Shown: positions 1 through 12,856, counted from the stretch's first letter. The stretch: 64,000 nucleotides of DNA from Dendrobates tinctorius (GCF_039654945.1 NW_027361819.1:1302001-1366000), one strand, 5' to 3'. The notes: a model not told the origin generated them from the sequence alone. Numbers and translations: made by a program.

Positions 1-1037
1 TGTTCTTTCTTTCTTTCCCTCACTTTCTTTCTCTGTCCTTTCTCTCCCTAATCTTTCTTTTTTTCTTTCTCTTTCTGTTCTTTCTTTCCCCTCTTTCTCT
101 CTCTTTCTTTCTTTACTTTTATTTCTCTCTCTGTTCTTTCTTTACCTTCTTTCTTTCTCTCTGTTCTTTTTTCTGTCCCCTTTTCTTTCTCCGTTCTTTC
201 TTTCCCCTCTTTATTTCTCTCTGTTCTTTCTTTCCCCTTTCTTTCTCTCTATTCTTCCTTTCTCTTTCTCTCTCTGTTCTCTCTGTTTTTTCTTTCCCCT
301 CTTTCTTTCGCTCTCTGTTCTTTCTCCTCTTTCTTTCTCTCTGTTCTTTCTTTCGCTCTCTGTTCTGTCTTCCCCTCTTTCTTTCTCTCTGTTCTTTCTC
401 CTCTTTCTTTCTCTCTCAGTTCTTTCTTTCGCTCTCTGTTCTTTCTTCCCCCCTTTCTTTCGCTCTGTTCTTTCTTTCCCCTTTCTTTCTCTCTGTTCTT
501 TCTTTCTCTCTGTTCATTCTTTCTCTGTTCTTTCTTTCCCCTTTTTTTCTCTCTCTCTGTTCTTTCTTTCACTCTCTGTTCTTTATTTCCCCTTTCTTTC
601 TCACTGTTCTTCCTTTCTCTTTCTCTCTCTGTTCTTTCTTTCTGTTCTCTCTCTGTTCTTTCTTCCCATCTTTTTTTGCTCTCTGTTCTTTCTTTCCCCT
701 CTTTCTCTTTGTTCTTTCTTTCCCCTTTCTTTCTCTCTGGTCTTCTCTCTGTTCTTTCTCTCTCTCTGTTTTCCTTCTTCTCTCTCTCTGTTTTCTTTCT
801 TTTCCTTAGTACCAGTCAGTGTGCCCACAGTACCAGCCACTGTGCCCAAAATGCCAGTCACTGTGCCCTCAGTACCAGTCAGTGTGATCAGCAGTGCTAA
901 ATGGGTGCTGTTGGGCGTGGACATGGGTGCGACTAGATGTGAAGTGGGTGTGGTTGGGTGTGGCCTAAAATTAGCAGCGACGCGCTGCACGCCCCACAGC
1001 CTTTCTCCCTCTTTCCCTTCAAAAGTTGGGAGGTATG
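1..1037 (-). mobile_element. Non-autonomous element end with CT-rich low-complexity tract (1-~805); inverted copy at 56647-57100
   Basis: Ends ...AAAGTTGGGAGGTATG at 1037. 805-1037 matches the reverse complement of 56647-56810, and both adjoin a CT/GA-rich tract. Confidence 0.7.
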
Positions 1038-1102
1038 ATATAGGATGTATGATAAATATTTAGGGTGACGACTGCTGGGACCCCACTGATACCGAGTGAT
1101 CA

Positions 1103-2234
1103 TGTGGTGCCCCTGAGGGTTCAGTCGCCACAGAGGTACTGCACCTCAGCTAGAGGTGTGGTACTCCGCTCTCAGGTAAGGAGGGGGCACTACCCAGAAC
1201 CCACACACTTACATCCAACACTGTACCTCTCAGGGCCTGGGAGGAGCTAGGTAGAGGGTGTGGGTGGAGAAAGTAGTAGGGGGGAACTGAAGGAAGTGAG
1301 GGTTGGAGAAAAAAGGAGATAGTTGGTGCTGGGGACTTGAGCAGAGAGGAGCTTGTCCCTAAACCAGAAGACAGTAGAGAGATAGAGGAAAGACATAAGA
1401 AACAGAAAGATAAGCTTCCGTGGAAGAGAGGAGGAAGGCACCCTAGGGGCACAGGAAGTGAGGACTCCACCCATGATGCCCGAATCCACGCCGACGGCAG
1501 TCGGGTGGAGGGACCAGGTCGCAGTAGGGGACCGACCCAAGACTAGTGTAGAAACTGAGGACACAGCTAGCTAACCGTAGGTTGCAGTATCTGCATGTGC
1601 TGCAGCCACATCCGCACACAATTGCTGAAAAGGCAGCCGTATAGGATCAAGGGGACCTAGAGGACATCGCCCAACAGTATCTGGGGCTGCTGGCTCGGGA
1701 CACTGTGTGTGAAGGCGCAGGGCAGGAGAGGTGGGAGCCAGCGCAGTGAGACAGCCAGGGAAGGAACATCTGAAGGGGGTTCTGACACGGTGTACCCCAA
1801 ATTACTTGAGCTGGCTAGACCACCAACCCGGAGGACACAGCACCTCGGCTGGGGAATGCAACTGGAAGAACTGTGAGTAGAAGTGTTGAAACTGCACTCC
1901 TCTGTGTCCTGGATTTATTTACTGCGTCACCTTTATTGCACCACAACCACCATCATCTTTTACACAAATAACTGCCCTGGGGCCTAGCTCTGCCAGTGGA
2001 GAGCTGTAACAACTCTGCTGCATCACCAACAGCCCCAATGGTCTCTTTTGCAGCGTCTGCTATGACCTTCATTGCCTAACACCACGGATGGTGTCATGAC
2101 TTTATTTCAACTAACTTCCCCATCTTTATTTGGATGCCCACAGGGCCACGGACCGGGTCACCACTGCTGTGACAAAACTCCTGAAGAACTGACTAAGGCC
2201 CGGACCGTGTCCCATGACCCTGTGGGGTGCTCCA
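1103..2234. mobile_element. Solo LTR, family A (Gypsy-like)
   Basis: TGTGG...TCCA termini with a 4-bp TSD ATCA (1099-1102, 2235-2238). Ends are homologous to 11486-11960 and 21083-22409. Confidence 0.85.
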
Positions 2235-2838
2235 ATCACCCACATCTGTGTCTCCCTTTTGGAGATCTGTCATTACAGCCACACTCGCGCTGTAGATTGC
2301 TGTTGGCTACTCGTTGGTTTGGCCGGCTATTCGGCTGGCCGCTTTCTCGCTGACTCTCCCACACTCAGGAGCACTCGCTATGCCCAGAGCTCCTGTGTTT
2401 TGAGAGTCGCTGTCAGACATCTCTGGTGGTGGATTATCGCCTACAGAACAAATGGATCAACAGTCCAAAATCAGACCTGCTGGATCCTTTTTTTTTCCCC
2501 GAGTTTGGCTGGTTCAGCTGACACTAGTCTGATGTGTATGGGGCCATAAGGTGGAGTGGACTGAAGACAGAATTGTGATTCCATCAGGGTCCCGATGTCC
2601 TCATATGAACTGTTCTTGGTCGAAGTCACCCAAAAACAATGGTTTGCACATACAATAAATATATCCTCACACATCCACATTAGAAGTAAACTGCCATTCT
2701 CTCCAGATCTGTCCGGTGATTATTTACATTTATTTTTATATTTCCGGCTACTGATTTGCTGCTAATGCAGTGAATGTGAAACTTGGCAGTCAGATGAATG
2801 AATCTTTATTAATAACTGCAGTCATCTACACACTAGAC

Positions 2839-3626
2839 CAGGGGTCTCAAACTCGGCTGGTTATATGGGCCGCGCATAGAAAAAAAATTGAATTTGACAC
2901 ACCGCATTCTTTGCAAGATGAGATGACATTTTCTGTAATAACCTTTTTTTCCCCATACAACTTTTTGATCACTTTTGGAATTTTTTTCAATGCCAATGCA
3001 TCATATGGGTTATGGTAGAATTTTATAGCTGGTCACCTTCATGTAGCTAAGTCCCCATCCTGGTCACCTTCATGTTGCTATGTCCCCATCCTGGTCACCT
3101 TCGTGTAGCTATGTCCCCATCCTGGTCACCTTCGTGTAGCTATGTCCCCATCCTGGTCACCTTCGTGTAGCTATGTCCCCATCCTGGTCACCTTCGTGTA
3201 GCTATGTCCCCATTCTGGTCACCTTCTTGTAGTAATGTCCCCATCCTGGTCACCTTCCTGTAGCAATGTCCCCATCCTGGTCACCTTCTTCTCACCTTAC
3301 CTGTTCTCCCTCAGGGAACAGTGTCCTTGTCTCCTCCACAGCCAGGGCATGCGCATGGCAGTGAAATCATATGCTGCCCGTGCCGGCATGCTAAAGTCAC
3401 CAGTGGGCCTCTCATTGGCCGGTGGCTGGTATTGGTATTATGGTGCAGAGAGATGGCAATACATTTCAATTAAATGTGCCTCCAAGGATGCACAATCAGC
3501 TAAAACAAAGTGCGTGGGTTGGCAGCCCCTAGACCGGGCCACGATCATCAAGGGGCGCTCCGGTGCTTGCAGGCCACATGATGCAGCCTCAGCGGCTGCA
3601 CACGTCCCACGTGTTTTAGACCTTTG
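2839..3626. mobile_element. hAT-like MITE containing a 31-bp minisatellite (~3030-3285)
   Basis: Degenerate TIRs CAGGGGTCTCAAAC / GTTTTAGACCTTTG and an imperfect 8-bp TSD CACTAGAC/CACTAAAT. Repeat unit CTGGTCACCTTCGTGTAGCTATGTCCCCATC. Confidence 0.7.
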
Positions 3627-5210
3627 CACTAAATCATCAGTAACCAGATTGCCCAGAGGAAAATATATCAGAGAAGACTAACGCAACAACATGAAGGCGG
3701 TATCCACCGCTCCAGACAGGAGAAAGGCGTCTTGGAGGTAGACATCTGTCCTTGGCTCTTCCCGGAATGACTCTTGGTAGATGTGGTAAGCTTTGAGAAT
3801 TTTGCACATTTCATAGTTTTGAAGAAAAACTTTGCATTCTTGAAGCTTGAGAAGCTTTGGCTTGTCATGGATAGGACACTGTTGGTTTGGATCCCCACGT
3901 TCTTGCAATGTGGTGGGCGATACCTCAGTTTTTTGTAAACATAGTTTTCTTTAAGGGGATTATACGGCACACGCACACAATACCTGGTGACTGCGCACAC
4001 ATAATGCCAGCAGGGGCAGATTAAGAGTGGCCAAGGCCCTGGGCAGTCTAGAGGGCGTGGGCCCCCCAAGGTACCCGATGTACTACATGGCAGGTCACAT
4101 GATCCTCTTTGATAGGTCATGTGGGTAACACACAGGCGCTCTGCTGCACATCCGCAGATGGAAATGATCAGTGATATAGAAGTGCACGTAGCACGCGTTG
4201 CAAATCTTTCCCTTATGTACAGCTCTATACGTAACATAGCTCTATGCATAATAGAGCGGGGGGGTATTCATTTTCCCAAGGGGCCACATGACAGACAGTG
4301 ACTACTCTGGAGGCCGAACAGATAATTTCAGCCTATTTTTGCTCAATATTAACATATTAATTATAATTGTTTTATTATATAAATGTATTACTTCATTTTG
4401 AGCAGAATTAAGCTTGCGGACATCCCCTATATACAGTATGAGCCCCCACATAGCTCCCTACATACAATATGAGCCCCCACGCCCCTCAACCAAAGTGATC
4501 AACCTATGGGGTCCTTAGAAATGTAAGCTATAAGCTAAAAAAAATAGAAAAAAAAAATTTATACCCTATATGGCCTGAACTGTTGTGTACTTAGCTTAAT
4601 GGCATCTTCTTCTGACGCGTTTCCTCCATCTTTTGGTCATTCAGGGCTGATCAGGGAATTCATCAATCAGGACAAGAAAAGGAGACCATAAGCCGTACTG
4701 GAATGATCTTCTCAGTGGGCTAGATTTGGAGAAACTAGATCCATACAGTGATTGGCTGCAGCAGTCTCAGACCGACCAGATAAGAAAAGGCTAGAAAAGC
4801 GATGCGGGACCAGGCTAGTCAAAAGAAGGAGAGAAGCGGGATCTGAGGGTCAGTATATGACATTTATTTTTGTTACCACACATGGGCTATATGTTAATTA
4901 TAAGAAAGTGGTGGAAAGTCCCTTAATTCTGGCCATCATATTAAAGGGGTATTCTCATGCTATTAAATTGCCTTAGTTAGCCAGAATATAAGCACATTTG
5001 TAACTGACATGCTTTTCTCTCTGCTGTGGTTCTCCTGATATGACAGCTTTTATCTTACATAGTGTACAGATTGTTGCCAATGAGACCGAACACCAAAGCC
5101 TTGCCCAATATGTGCAGTAGTTATATTGCAAGCTGAGGAGTTAACTCCTAAGATCCCAGTCATCTCTCTCCAACCCATTGATTTATATGCAGCCGTTAGC
5201 TGCTCACCTC

Positions 5211-5319
5211 CCTTTGAAAAAGCAGTAATTAGGAGACTGATAACAGTTCAGGAGCTAATAGAGTAATATTAGCTCCTGAGCTGCTGTTATCAGTCTCCTA
5301 ATTACTGCTTTTTCAAAGG
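5211..5319. repeat. Near-perfect ~50-bp-arm inverted repeat (hairpin)
   Basis: CCTTTGAAAAAGCAGTAATTAGGAGACTGATAACAG...GGAGCTAATA, a 6-nt loop, then its reverse complement with one small indel. Confidence 0.9.
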
Positions 5320-8073
5320 CGCTGTTATTCTTATATGTTAATATAGTGGTATTAGTGTAGACTCCAGAATAATTACACTGACAGACTGCTAATGTGTCAC
5401 AGTACTGTAAGCTCAGCACAAAGAGACTGACCAGAACTGTCACTCAGAGGAGTGCCCTCCCATCCAACAACAAGGGAAAACGCTATTTTTTTGCGGGAAT
5501 TACGCAAGCGGATTTCTTGCGTATTTCCCGCAGCAGGGAGTGGCGGAATTGCCGCGGAAATTCTGCAAGTGTGCACATAGCCTTAATGACAGCCAATACG
5601 TCTTTTCTTTACAGGCCTGAGATGTAAGAGAATAGCATCCTCATACAGGTGACAATCCAGCAGCTGTCGGCTGTCCACTATAGCTGACAACTTGCTGCAT
5701 CAGCCACGATCGGTGTTGGCACTGTCCAAATCTATTTAACCCCTCAGATGCTATTGTCAATAGTGACTACATCATATAAATGGTTAGCAGAGTATTGGGG
5801 CTTCTTCTTTAACCCCACTGGCACCTTGAGATCATGATTGTGTGGTCCTGATATTTGCCATGGCAATTCATAACCAAATAGCGGCCTTAGAGTCTGCCGG
5901 ATATAGCGGCCTGTTCAGAAGTTAGCGAGGTAAAAATACACTTTTTCATTCTTGTTATGTCACTTTGCATTCATTCCTGAACAGCACCTGAAGGGTTAAT
6001 AAACTACCTGACAGCAGTTTTTCAATATGTCGAGGGGTGCAGTTTTAAAAATGGTATCACTTTTGGAGGTTTTCCAATATCTAGGACCCCTAAAGTCACT
6101 TCAAACCTGGAGAGGTCCTTCAAAAATCTAAATTTTGTAAATGTCCTTGAAAAAAAGAAAAATGACTGCTACAATTTTAAACCTCCTAAAAGGCTAACAA
6201 AATAAAATAACATGTTACTAATGGTGCTGATGTAAAGCAGACACGTGGGAAAGGTCATTTATTAACGTTTCTCTGTGGTCTGACTATCTGGATTAAAGGG
6301 ATAATCATTCAACGTTTGAAAATTGCAAATTTTTTTTACATTTTTGTCAAATTTCTGATTATTTTTTTATAAATAAACATAAAACCTATTGACCTAAATT
6401 TACCATTATCATAAATGTCAATGTGCCATGAAAAAACAGTCTCAAAATCATTGGGGTTTGTTGGAGCATTCTAGAGTTATTACCACATAAAGCGACAATG
6501 GTCAGATTTCAAAAATTCGGCCCCGTCACTAAGGGGTTAAAATGTTTTATGCGCCACCGATGCAGCGCACATATCCCGGCACAGAGCTCTGTTGCCGACG
6601 ATTCAGAATAGCAGGGCAGCTCCCGTCGCCTCTGCTGTGACGTGGCAGCGTGATGACATCATCAGGAGGCGCGCCAGCATGTATGCACCACATGTACAAG
6701 TGGAGCATCGAGTAACGGGGCAGAGTTCAGGGGGAACAGGAACAGGAGAGGGGAGTATGTTCCTCCTGAACTAAACACATTTGTAACTCCATTTAAATAT
6801 CCCTACAACATTGGCAAACCACAGGATAAGATAAAGAACAATGCGTCACAGTCACCCGGGGTTACACAACCAGGAATATCAGTAGAGCAAGTTACGTAAT
6901 GTGTTATGAGCTTAATAAGGCAGGTCTCGGAAAGATTGATGACCGCCCCGAGAAGTACAGAGGCTGAAGAGCAGCACGTACAACAACTAACCAGTGTCTT
7001 ATACCAATCCTACAGCTCAGTGTTTAATAAGGGGTGAGGTCCTCAATCAGCGGAATGCATGAAAAGTCCCAACATCTGTTGACATTGGTGACCCACCTAC
7101 AGCTGGAAATATGAGATGGGACCGACTCCGGCAGAATTCTCATAATCCTAAAGTTATTGATTTGCCTTATTCAAGAAGTTACAACATTTTCCAACAATTA
7201 GTCATAAAGATTATTACAAGTTTAAGGAACTATAATAAAATCAGCAATAAACACTAGAGATGAGCAAGTCACTGGAAATACAAATCTGCCAGCTTTGCTA
7301 AATTTTCCCTGGTGATTCGGCATGAATCTAAGGGGCTTCAAATCCTCCAAATTTCCACCAAAAAATATGTATGACTATTCTCTTTTCTTCAAACCCTAAT
7401 CTTATTTTTTGCTGAGCTATAAACAAACTGTATACTTTCTTCACTCTTTTATCTTTCTCTACATGTCTATGTGATTAAGCTGTGAGCTTCGAGGTCCTAC
7501 AAAATGGCGACTGCAATTCCTGCTTCTGCTTTTATTCAGGCTACGATAGCCCCTCATCATTGGCTGTGCTATACCATATGATGTGATAACTGCAAGGCAT
7601 TATGGGAAAGCCCAAATGCTATGGAAGTCATGGGATGTTTGTTTGGCTGATGTAATCTTCTGAAAGGTGTAAAATCGAGAAAACCATTTTAGGAGTTCAA
7701 GTGGGAAAAGTGAATTCCTAAAAATTGGTAACAATTAAATTTGCATCAAATTGATTCCCTCATCTCTACTAGAAACAATCTTAGGGGGCACACAGACAGC
7801 CGTATTTCTCATGCGAGAATCGCATTGTAACCCTCGGACTGACCGTCGGCTCTCCGAAAGGAATATGACAGATGCATGGAAATACATCACGATGTCAAGC
7901 TCAGGTCAGGAGAGGTGCCGGACCAGTCCATGCACTGCGATGTGATCCTCATGCAAAAACAACGGCCTTCTGTCTGCCCCCCTTGGAGTTGAAGTGGTTA
8001 ACTCTCCAGTACAAATACTCCACCCTGTTATGTAAAGACATTTTTTAGCTTTCGGTTCCTGTTATTTCCCACT

Positions 8074-9639
8074 ATGATCGCATCTGCGGAGCTGAGGGAC
8101 GAGCTGAACTGCTCCATCTGCCTGAGCCTCTATACAGATCCCGTATCCCTGAGATGTGGACACAACTTCTGCCGCTCGTGTATTGTGAGTGTGCTGGATG
8201 CCCAGGAGGCGGCTGGAGGGTATTCCTGTCCTGACTGCAGAGCAGAATATCCGGAGCATCCGACCCTGGAGAAGAACCAAAAGCTGGGGAATATAGTGGA
8301 GCGTTTCTCATCTACTCAGCCTGATATGGAGGAGACCAGGACCTTCTGTGCTTACTGTACAAAGTCTCCAGTACCGGCTGTAAGGACATGTCTGCAGTGT
8401 GAGAATTCTTTTTGTGATGACCACCTGACTGTCCACAATAAGACAATGGATCATATATTAGTAGAACCCACCAGCTCTTTTGGCAACAAGAGATGCTTCC
8501 TCCACAACAAGGTTCTGGAGTATTACTGCCCGCAGGACTCTGCTTGTCTGTGTGTGTCTTGCTGTCTCTTTGGCATGCACCGAGGACACCAGGTGGAACA
8601 TCTGAATAAAGCTTCTGAGAAGAAGAAGAAGAAACTGAGAAAATATCTGGATGAACTAAACCCCCAAAAAGCAAACATTCATACAACAATCCAGAATCTG
8701 AAGAATCATAAGAGGAAGATCCAGGAGAAAGCCTCCGATAAGAGGAAGAACATCAGTAAGATATTTATAGACATTAAGAAGCATCTGGAAATCGCAGAAA
8801 AGAAATCGCTGAGCGAGGTCTCCAGGCAGGAGGAGAAGATTGTGTCCCAAATATCTCATCTGATCAAGCAGCTGGAAATACAGGAGGACGAGCTGTCCAG
8901 GAAGATGCGTCTCATGGAGGAGATGTGTTGTGTCACTGACCCAATAAGACTCTTACAAGAAAGTGACATTATATTATGTAGTCATGAAGGTGATGAGGAC
9001 ACAGGAGGAGATGGTGGAGAGGTCAGTTCTGAGGAGGATCTGGATGAGGTTCTGATCTCACTGACCTTACACCGATCTATGAGGGATATTGTCACCAATG
9101 TAACATCAGAGCTCGGGGTCCATGTCCCAGACATATTGCTGGATGTGGACACTGCTCATAGAAGGGTGAAGATATCAGAAGATCTGAAAACAGCAACAAG
9201 ATCAGAAAAGGAACAGGTGAGACCAGAATCACCAGGAAGATTTCTGACTTACTCCCAGGTATTAAGCAGATGTCTCCTGTCCTCAGGACGACATTACTGG
9301 GAGGTAATGTGGAACCAGTTAGGAAGATGTATCATCGGATTGTCCTATTCCAGTATAGAAAGGGAAGGAGATGAATCTGGAATTTTATTTAATGATAAAT
9401 CTTGGTGTTTGGATATGTATGATGCAGTACGTCAAGTACTTCATAAATCATTCAGCCTAATCCTCAAAGCACAACCGAAGTGCTCAACACTTGGAGTCTC
9501 CTTAGACTATGAGCCGGGCGTCTGTCCTTCTATGAGCTGTGTGACCCCGTCAGACACTTACACACCTTCACCGCCTCCTTCACTGAACCCCTACATGTCG
9601 TCTTCTATGTGGAGGATGGAGCCTCTGTTAGAGTATTAA
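8074..9639 (+). CDS. TRIM E3 ligase copy 1 (TRIM39/TRIM25-like, RING-2xBbox-CC-PRY/SPRY), frameshifted near the C-terminus
   Basis: C3HC4 RING, two B-boxes, coiled coil and the PRY/SPRY motifs GRHYWEV and LDYE. A 1-nt deletion near 9513 moves the last ~42 codons into another frame; the ancestral frame ends at TAA 9650. AATAAA at 9780. Confidence 0.9.
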   Translation: MIASAELRDELNCSICLSLYTDPVSLRCGHNFCRSCIVSVLDAQEAAGGYSCPDCRAEYPEHPTLEKNQKLGNIVERFSSTQPDMEETRTFCAYCTKSPVPAVRTCLQCENSFCDDHLTVHNKTMDHILVEPTSSFGNKRCFLHNKVLEYYCPQDSACLCVSCCLFGMHRGHQVEHLNKASEKKKKKLRKYLDELNPQKANIHTTIQNLKNHKRKIQEKASDKRKNISKIFIDIKKHLEIAEKKSLSEVSRQEEKIVSQISHLIKQLEIQEDELSRKMRLMEEMCCVTDPIRLLQESDIILCSHEGDEDTGGDGGEVSSEEDLDEVLISLTLHRSMRDIVTNVTSELGVHVPDILLDVDTAHRRVKISEDLKTATRSEKEQVRPESPGRFLTYSQVLSRCLLSSGRHYWEVMWNQLGRCIIGLSYSSIEREGDESGILFNDKSWCLDMYDAVRQVLHKSFSLILKAQPKCSTLGVSLDYEPGVCPSMSCVTPSDTYTPSPPPSLNPYMSSSMWRMEPLLEY

Positions 9640-10615
9640 ACGGAGTTTAACGAAGCCCACAGCAATCTGTTATATCACTTACTATATAGCAATGTGTTAG
9701 CAGGAGCTACCACTAATCTGGGGTTGCCCTTTAATTAATCTACAGATTGGTGATTTTTTTGGAATATCATGTAACACTCAATAAAGATCCCTAAAGATCC
9801 CGAAAGAGCTATGTAACAAAAGTCTAGCCCAAACGTCTGGGCTATGGGATCCAGGCATGCAGAGCAGGATCCCACAAGTAAGACCTTTGCACTAGATGAG
9901 CGCTACCACATACTTTACTAAGTTGTTACTGAACGGAGGGTTGTGGGAACCCGCTCTGCATGCTGGGACCCTACATCCTGGAAGTTCGGCCTTTTTTGAG
10001 GCATTTGGAACCATTCTGAGCATTTTTATAAATATATGATATTTAGAAAAATCACCAATCTGGGGCTGTTTACTATTGAATAAGAAGGGCAGCCAAAAAT
10101 TGGTAATTGGTAGTTTTTTAAGGTAAGGCCAGAATTTGTGGCCAAGATGTAGTTTTTGACTGATGAATTTTGGATTGCATGAATTGGCCATTTTTCATTT
10201 CTTCCCCTTTTTGCCAGAGTCATAACTTTTTTATAACTTTTTATATCAGGGCTTGTTCTTTCCAGGACGAGTTTTACTTTTAAATAACACCATTCATTAT
10301 AATATAGAATGAAGTGGAAAACAGAAAAATAATTCCAGGTCTGTTGAAATTGCAAAAAAAAGTGCAATTCCACAATTGTTTTTTTTATTTTTATTTATCA
10401 TGTCCGCTTAGTGGTAAAACTGACCTGGCGATCGGATTCTTCAGGTCAGTACAAGTGCTGAGATATTGAACATGTGTATTTCTTTTTGTATTTAAGCGGT
10501 GGGGGGAAAATCAGAAATGTGTAAAAAAAAAAAAATTGCTTTTGTTGCCATTTTCTGAGACGTGGAACGTTTTAATTTTTCGGGATCTGGGGCTGGGCTA
10601 GGATTTATTTTTTGG

Positions 10616-10998
10616 AAAAAACACCGTGTGCACAACTGTGGTGGTGCCGAGGTAGGTTCCCAAACCATATATAGTATAATGAAAACCTGGCACTCAACTT
10701 AAATGCTTAAATGGAACAGTTTATTTGTAGTACCAAACAAAACGTTTCGGTCAGTGCAGACCTTCATCAGTTACATGCTCAAAGATTGTCTGTACTTAGA
10801 TTGGAGGGCGCTTTTTGTATGTCCCTGTAAAGCCAAATGTCAGTGTGCTGCTGGAGCGCAGTTATCTGTCTGGCAGGGAAAGCGCAAGCCTGGTCCTCCT
10901 GGACGCTGTGGAACACAGTACGAAACGTTTTGTTTGGTACTACAAATAAACTGTTCCATTTAAGCATTTAAGTTGAGTGCCAGGTTTTCATTATACTA
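10616..10998 (-). mobile_element. Penelope-like element remnant with inverted terminal segment and a minimal hammerhead motif
   Basis: 17-bp direct repeat TAGGATTTATTTTTTGG (10599-10615, 10999-11015). Perfect 80-bp inverted repeat 10670-10749 / 10921-11000. Minus strand reads CTGATGA-A-GGTC-TGCACT-GACC-GAAACGTT at 10770-10741. Confidence 0.7.
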
Positions 10999-11485
10999 TA
11001 GGATTTATTTTTTGGGGCCTGAACTGATATACTTACTGATATTTTTTGGGTTAGATATGTTGTGTTGATCACCTCTTATTGCAATGTTGTGGAACAAAAA
11101 AAAAACAACCAAAAAACGTACATTTGTCGTTTTGATTTTTTTTCGTTATGCCGTTTACCAATCGGATTAATTTAGATTATATTTTGATAGACTGGACTTT
11201 TATGAACGCAGTGATACCAAATATGTGAATTTTTTTTGTTTTATTTTTAATGTGGCAAAAGGGGGGTGTATGATTTGAACTTGTTTTTTTTTTATATTTG
11301 TACTGTATTTAATAGTCCCCTTTGCGGACTTAAAGCTGCCATCATCTGATTGGTTGTGGTATACATAGCAGAGCTACAACATTGCTATGTAGAGCTAAAA
11401 TCACGATCTACTTTGAAAGCCGGCTTTAGGCCGACGTTCACAGGAGATTCATAATGACAGGCATGAGGGTCAGATCCCTCACTAT

Positions 11486-11960
11486 TGTGGCGCCCCTGAG
11501 GCTCAGTCGCCACAGAGGTACTGCACCTTCCTTGCTCCTTAAAGATGTAGTGCCCCACCATCATCCAAGTAAGGTGGGAACTCCTTTCCACACTCCAACA
11601 CTCGCACCCCACACAACAGGGCAGTTCTGCACAACCACATTGCGGCTCAGTGCTTAGTAGCAGAGCACCTCTGGTGGTTCCCTGCATGGAACACTGGATG
11701 TGCTAGGAGGTGGGTGGAGTTGAGATCCATATAAAAGGTTGGGAAGGTTTAGAATCACAGGTTAGTCTGACTGGAGGTCAGGAGAGAGAAGGACAGTCAG
11801 TCAGGAGAGTCTGAGGACGGGTCTGAGGAGGAGTGCTATATCACAAACCACCATTGATTTGGGCGCCCAGGGCCACGGACCGGGTCACCGCTGCTGTGAC
11901 ACATTTCCCCCTGACACCGGCCCGGTACCGAGTACCCCACAGCCCTGGGAGGGCAACCCA
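11486..11960. mobile_element. Solo LTR, family A, internally deleted
   Basis: TGTGG...CCCA termini, 4-bp TSD CTAT on both sides, strong similarity to both ends of 21083-22409. Confidence 0.85.
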
Positions 11961-12199
11961 CTATCATGACAACTTATTGGCACCCTGCGATCATGCCACC
12001 GGTGCTCCGATGAGCATGTGGAATGATATGCCCCATGGCGGCACATGTTAAATGTCACTGTCAGAGATTGACAGCGAGACTAAACAGGTTCACATCCGCA
12101 GGTGGAGCTCTGGGAAAGATGTGGGCATGGTGTGTGAGCCCGCATCAAAGGAAGGGACGCAAAGGGGTTAGTGTCGTGGTGGACAAGATTTGTGGAGGA

Positions 12200-12630
12200 A
12201 ATAGTTCAGATGGCTGTGTTGACCCAAAAAACCCAACAGATAATTTTCCTTCAACTTTATACTCTGCTGATGACTTTAGTAGATCAAGATCCCGTAAAGG
12301 GTCATTGAATTCAACTCTAATAAATGTCTGGCACGTTCCAACACCAACTCCCGATGCCACAAAGACATCATCATCAGCTTCTTCTGACACATGGAAAGAT
12401 TTCATCCCTATGTGAACTTTCCAAAGCTGCAGGGAGACTTGGTTACTCAATTGAATTTCTGGTCTTTGTTGTAAATCCAATGATATTCATCTTGACAAAG
12501 TAGCAGTCATCAACATGGTTTTGAAGTTCTCACCAGAACATTGGAATACCAAAGCTGAGACGCTCTCTGACCTTCTGTCCACTGTCTGAGATGTTCAACA
12601 CAAAACCTGCACACTTTAGGTCGTGCCTAC
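12200..12630 (-). pseudogene. Decayed DNA-transposase fragment, resembling CMC-Chapaev-3
   Basis: Manual minus-strand translation with stops and frameshifts gives KVCRFCVEHLRQWTEG / LSFGIPMFW*ELQNHVDDCYF / FNDPLRDLDLLKSSAE. Family assigned from recalled motifs only. Confidence 0.6.
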
Positions 12631-12856
12631 AATGGACTAGATTTGTAGATATAAACTGTATATATCATATCAAATAGTAATAATTCTATAATGATTGTCA
12701 ACACTTAAGGTCTTAGTATAGTGGAGACCACACAGAAGTGGCCCAATTTTGGAAATCAAATGTGGGTCAAGCTGTAGTTTTTGGGGCATATTTTGATGGT
12801 TTGAAATGTATTATATTATTATTATTATTATTATATTACTATATTATTATTATATT

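Noticed and set aside
249-990. Lys/Glu/Arg-rich ORFs (also 56711-57289)
   Set aside because: Low-complexity CT/GA tract.
4610-4675. Partial hammerhead-like strings (also ~14970, ~18210, ~23325)
   Set aside because: The core is incomplete or the stems are missing; at most decayed PLE traces.
8062-8859. Recurring antisense ORFs within the TRIM genes (MRNAPL..., MTHLPGQ...)
   Set aside because: They are shadows of the conserved sense coding sequence.
9846-9971. ~30-bp imperfect inverted repeat downstream of copy 1
   Set aside because: Degenerate and beyond the AATAAA; most likely a small MITE remnant.
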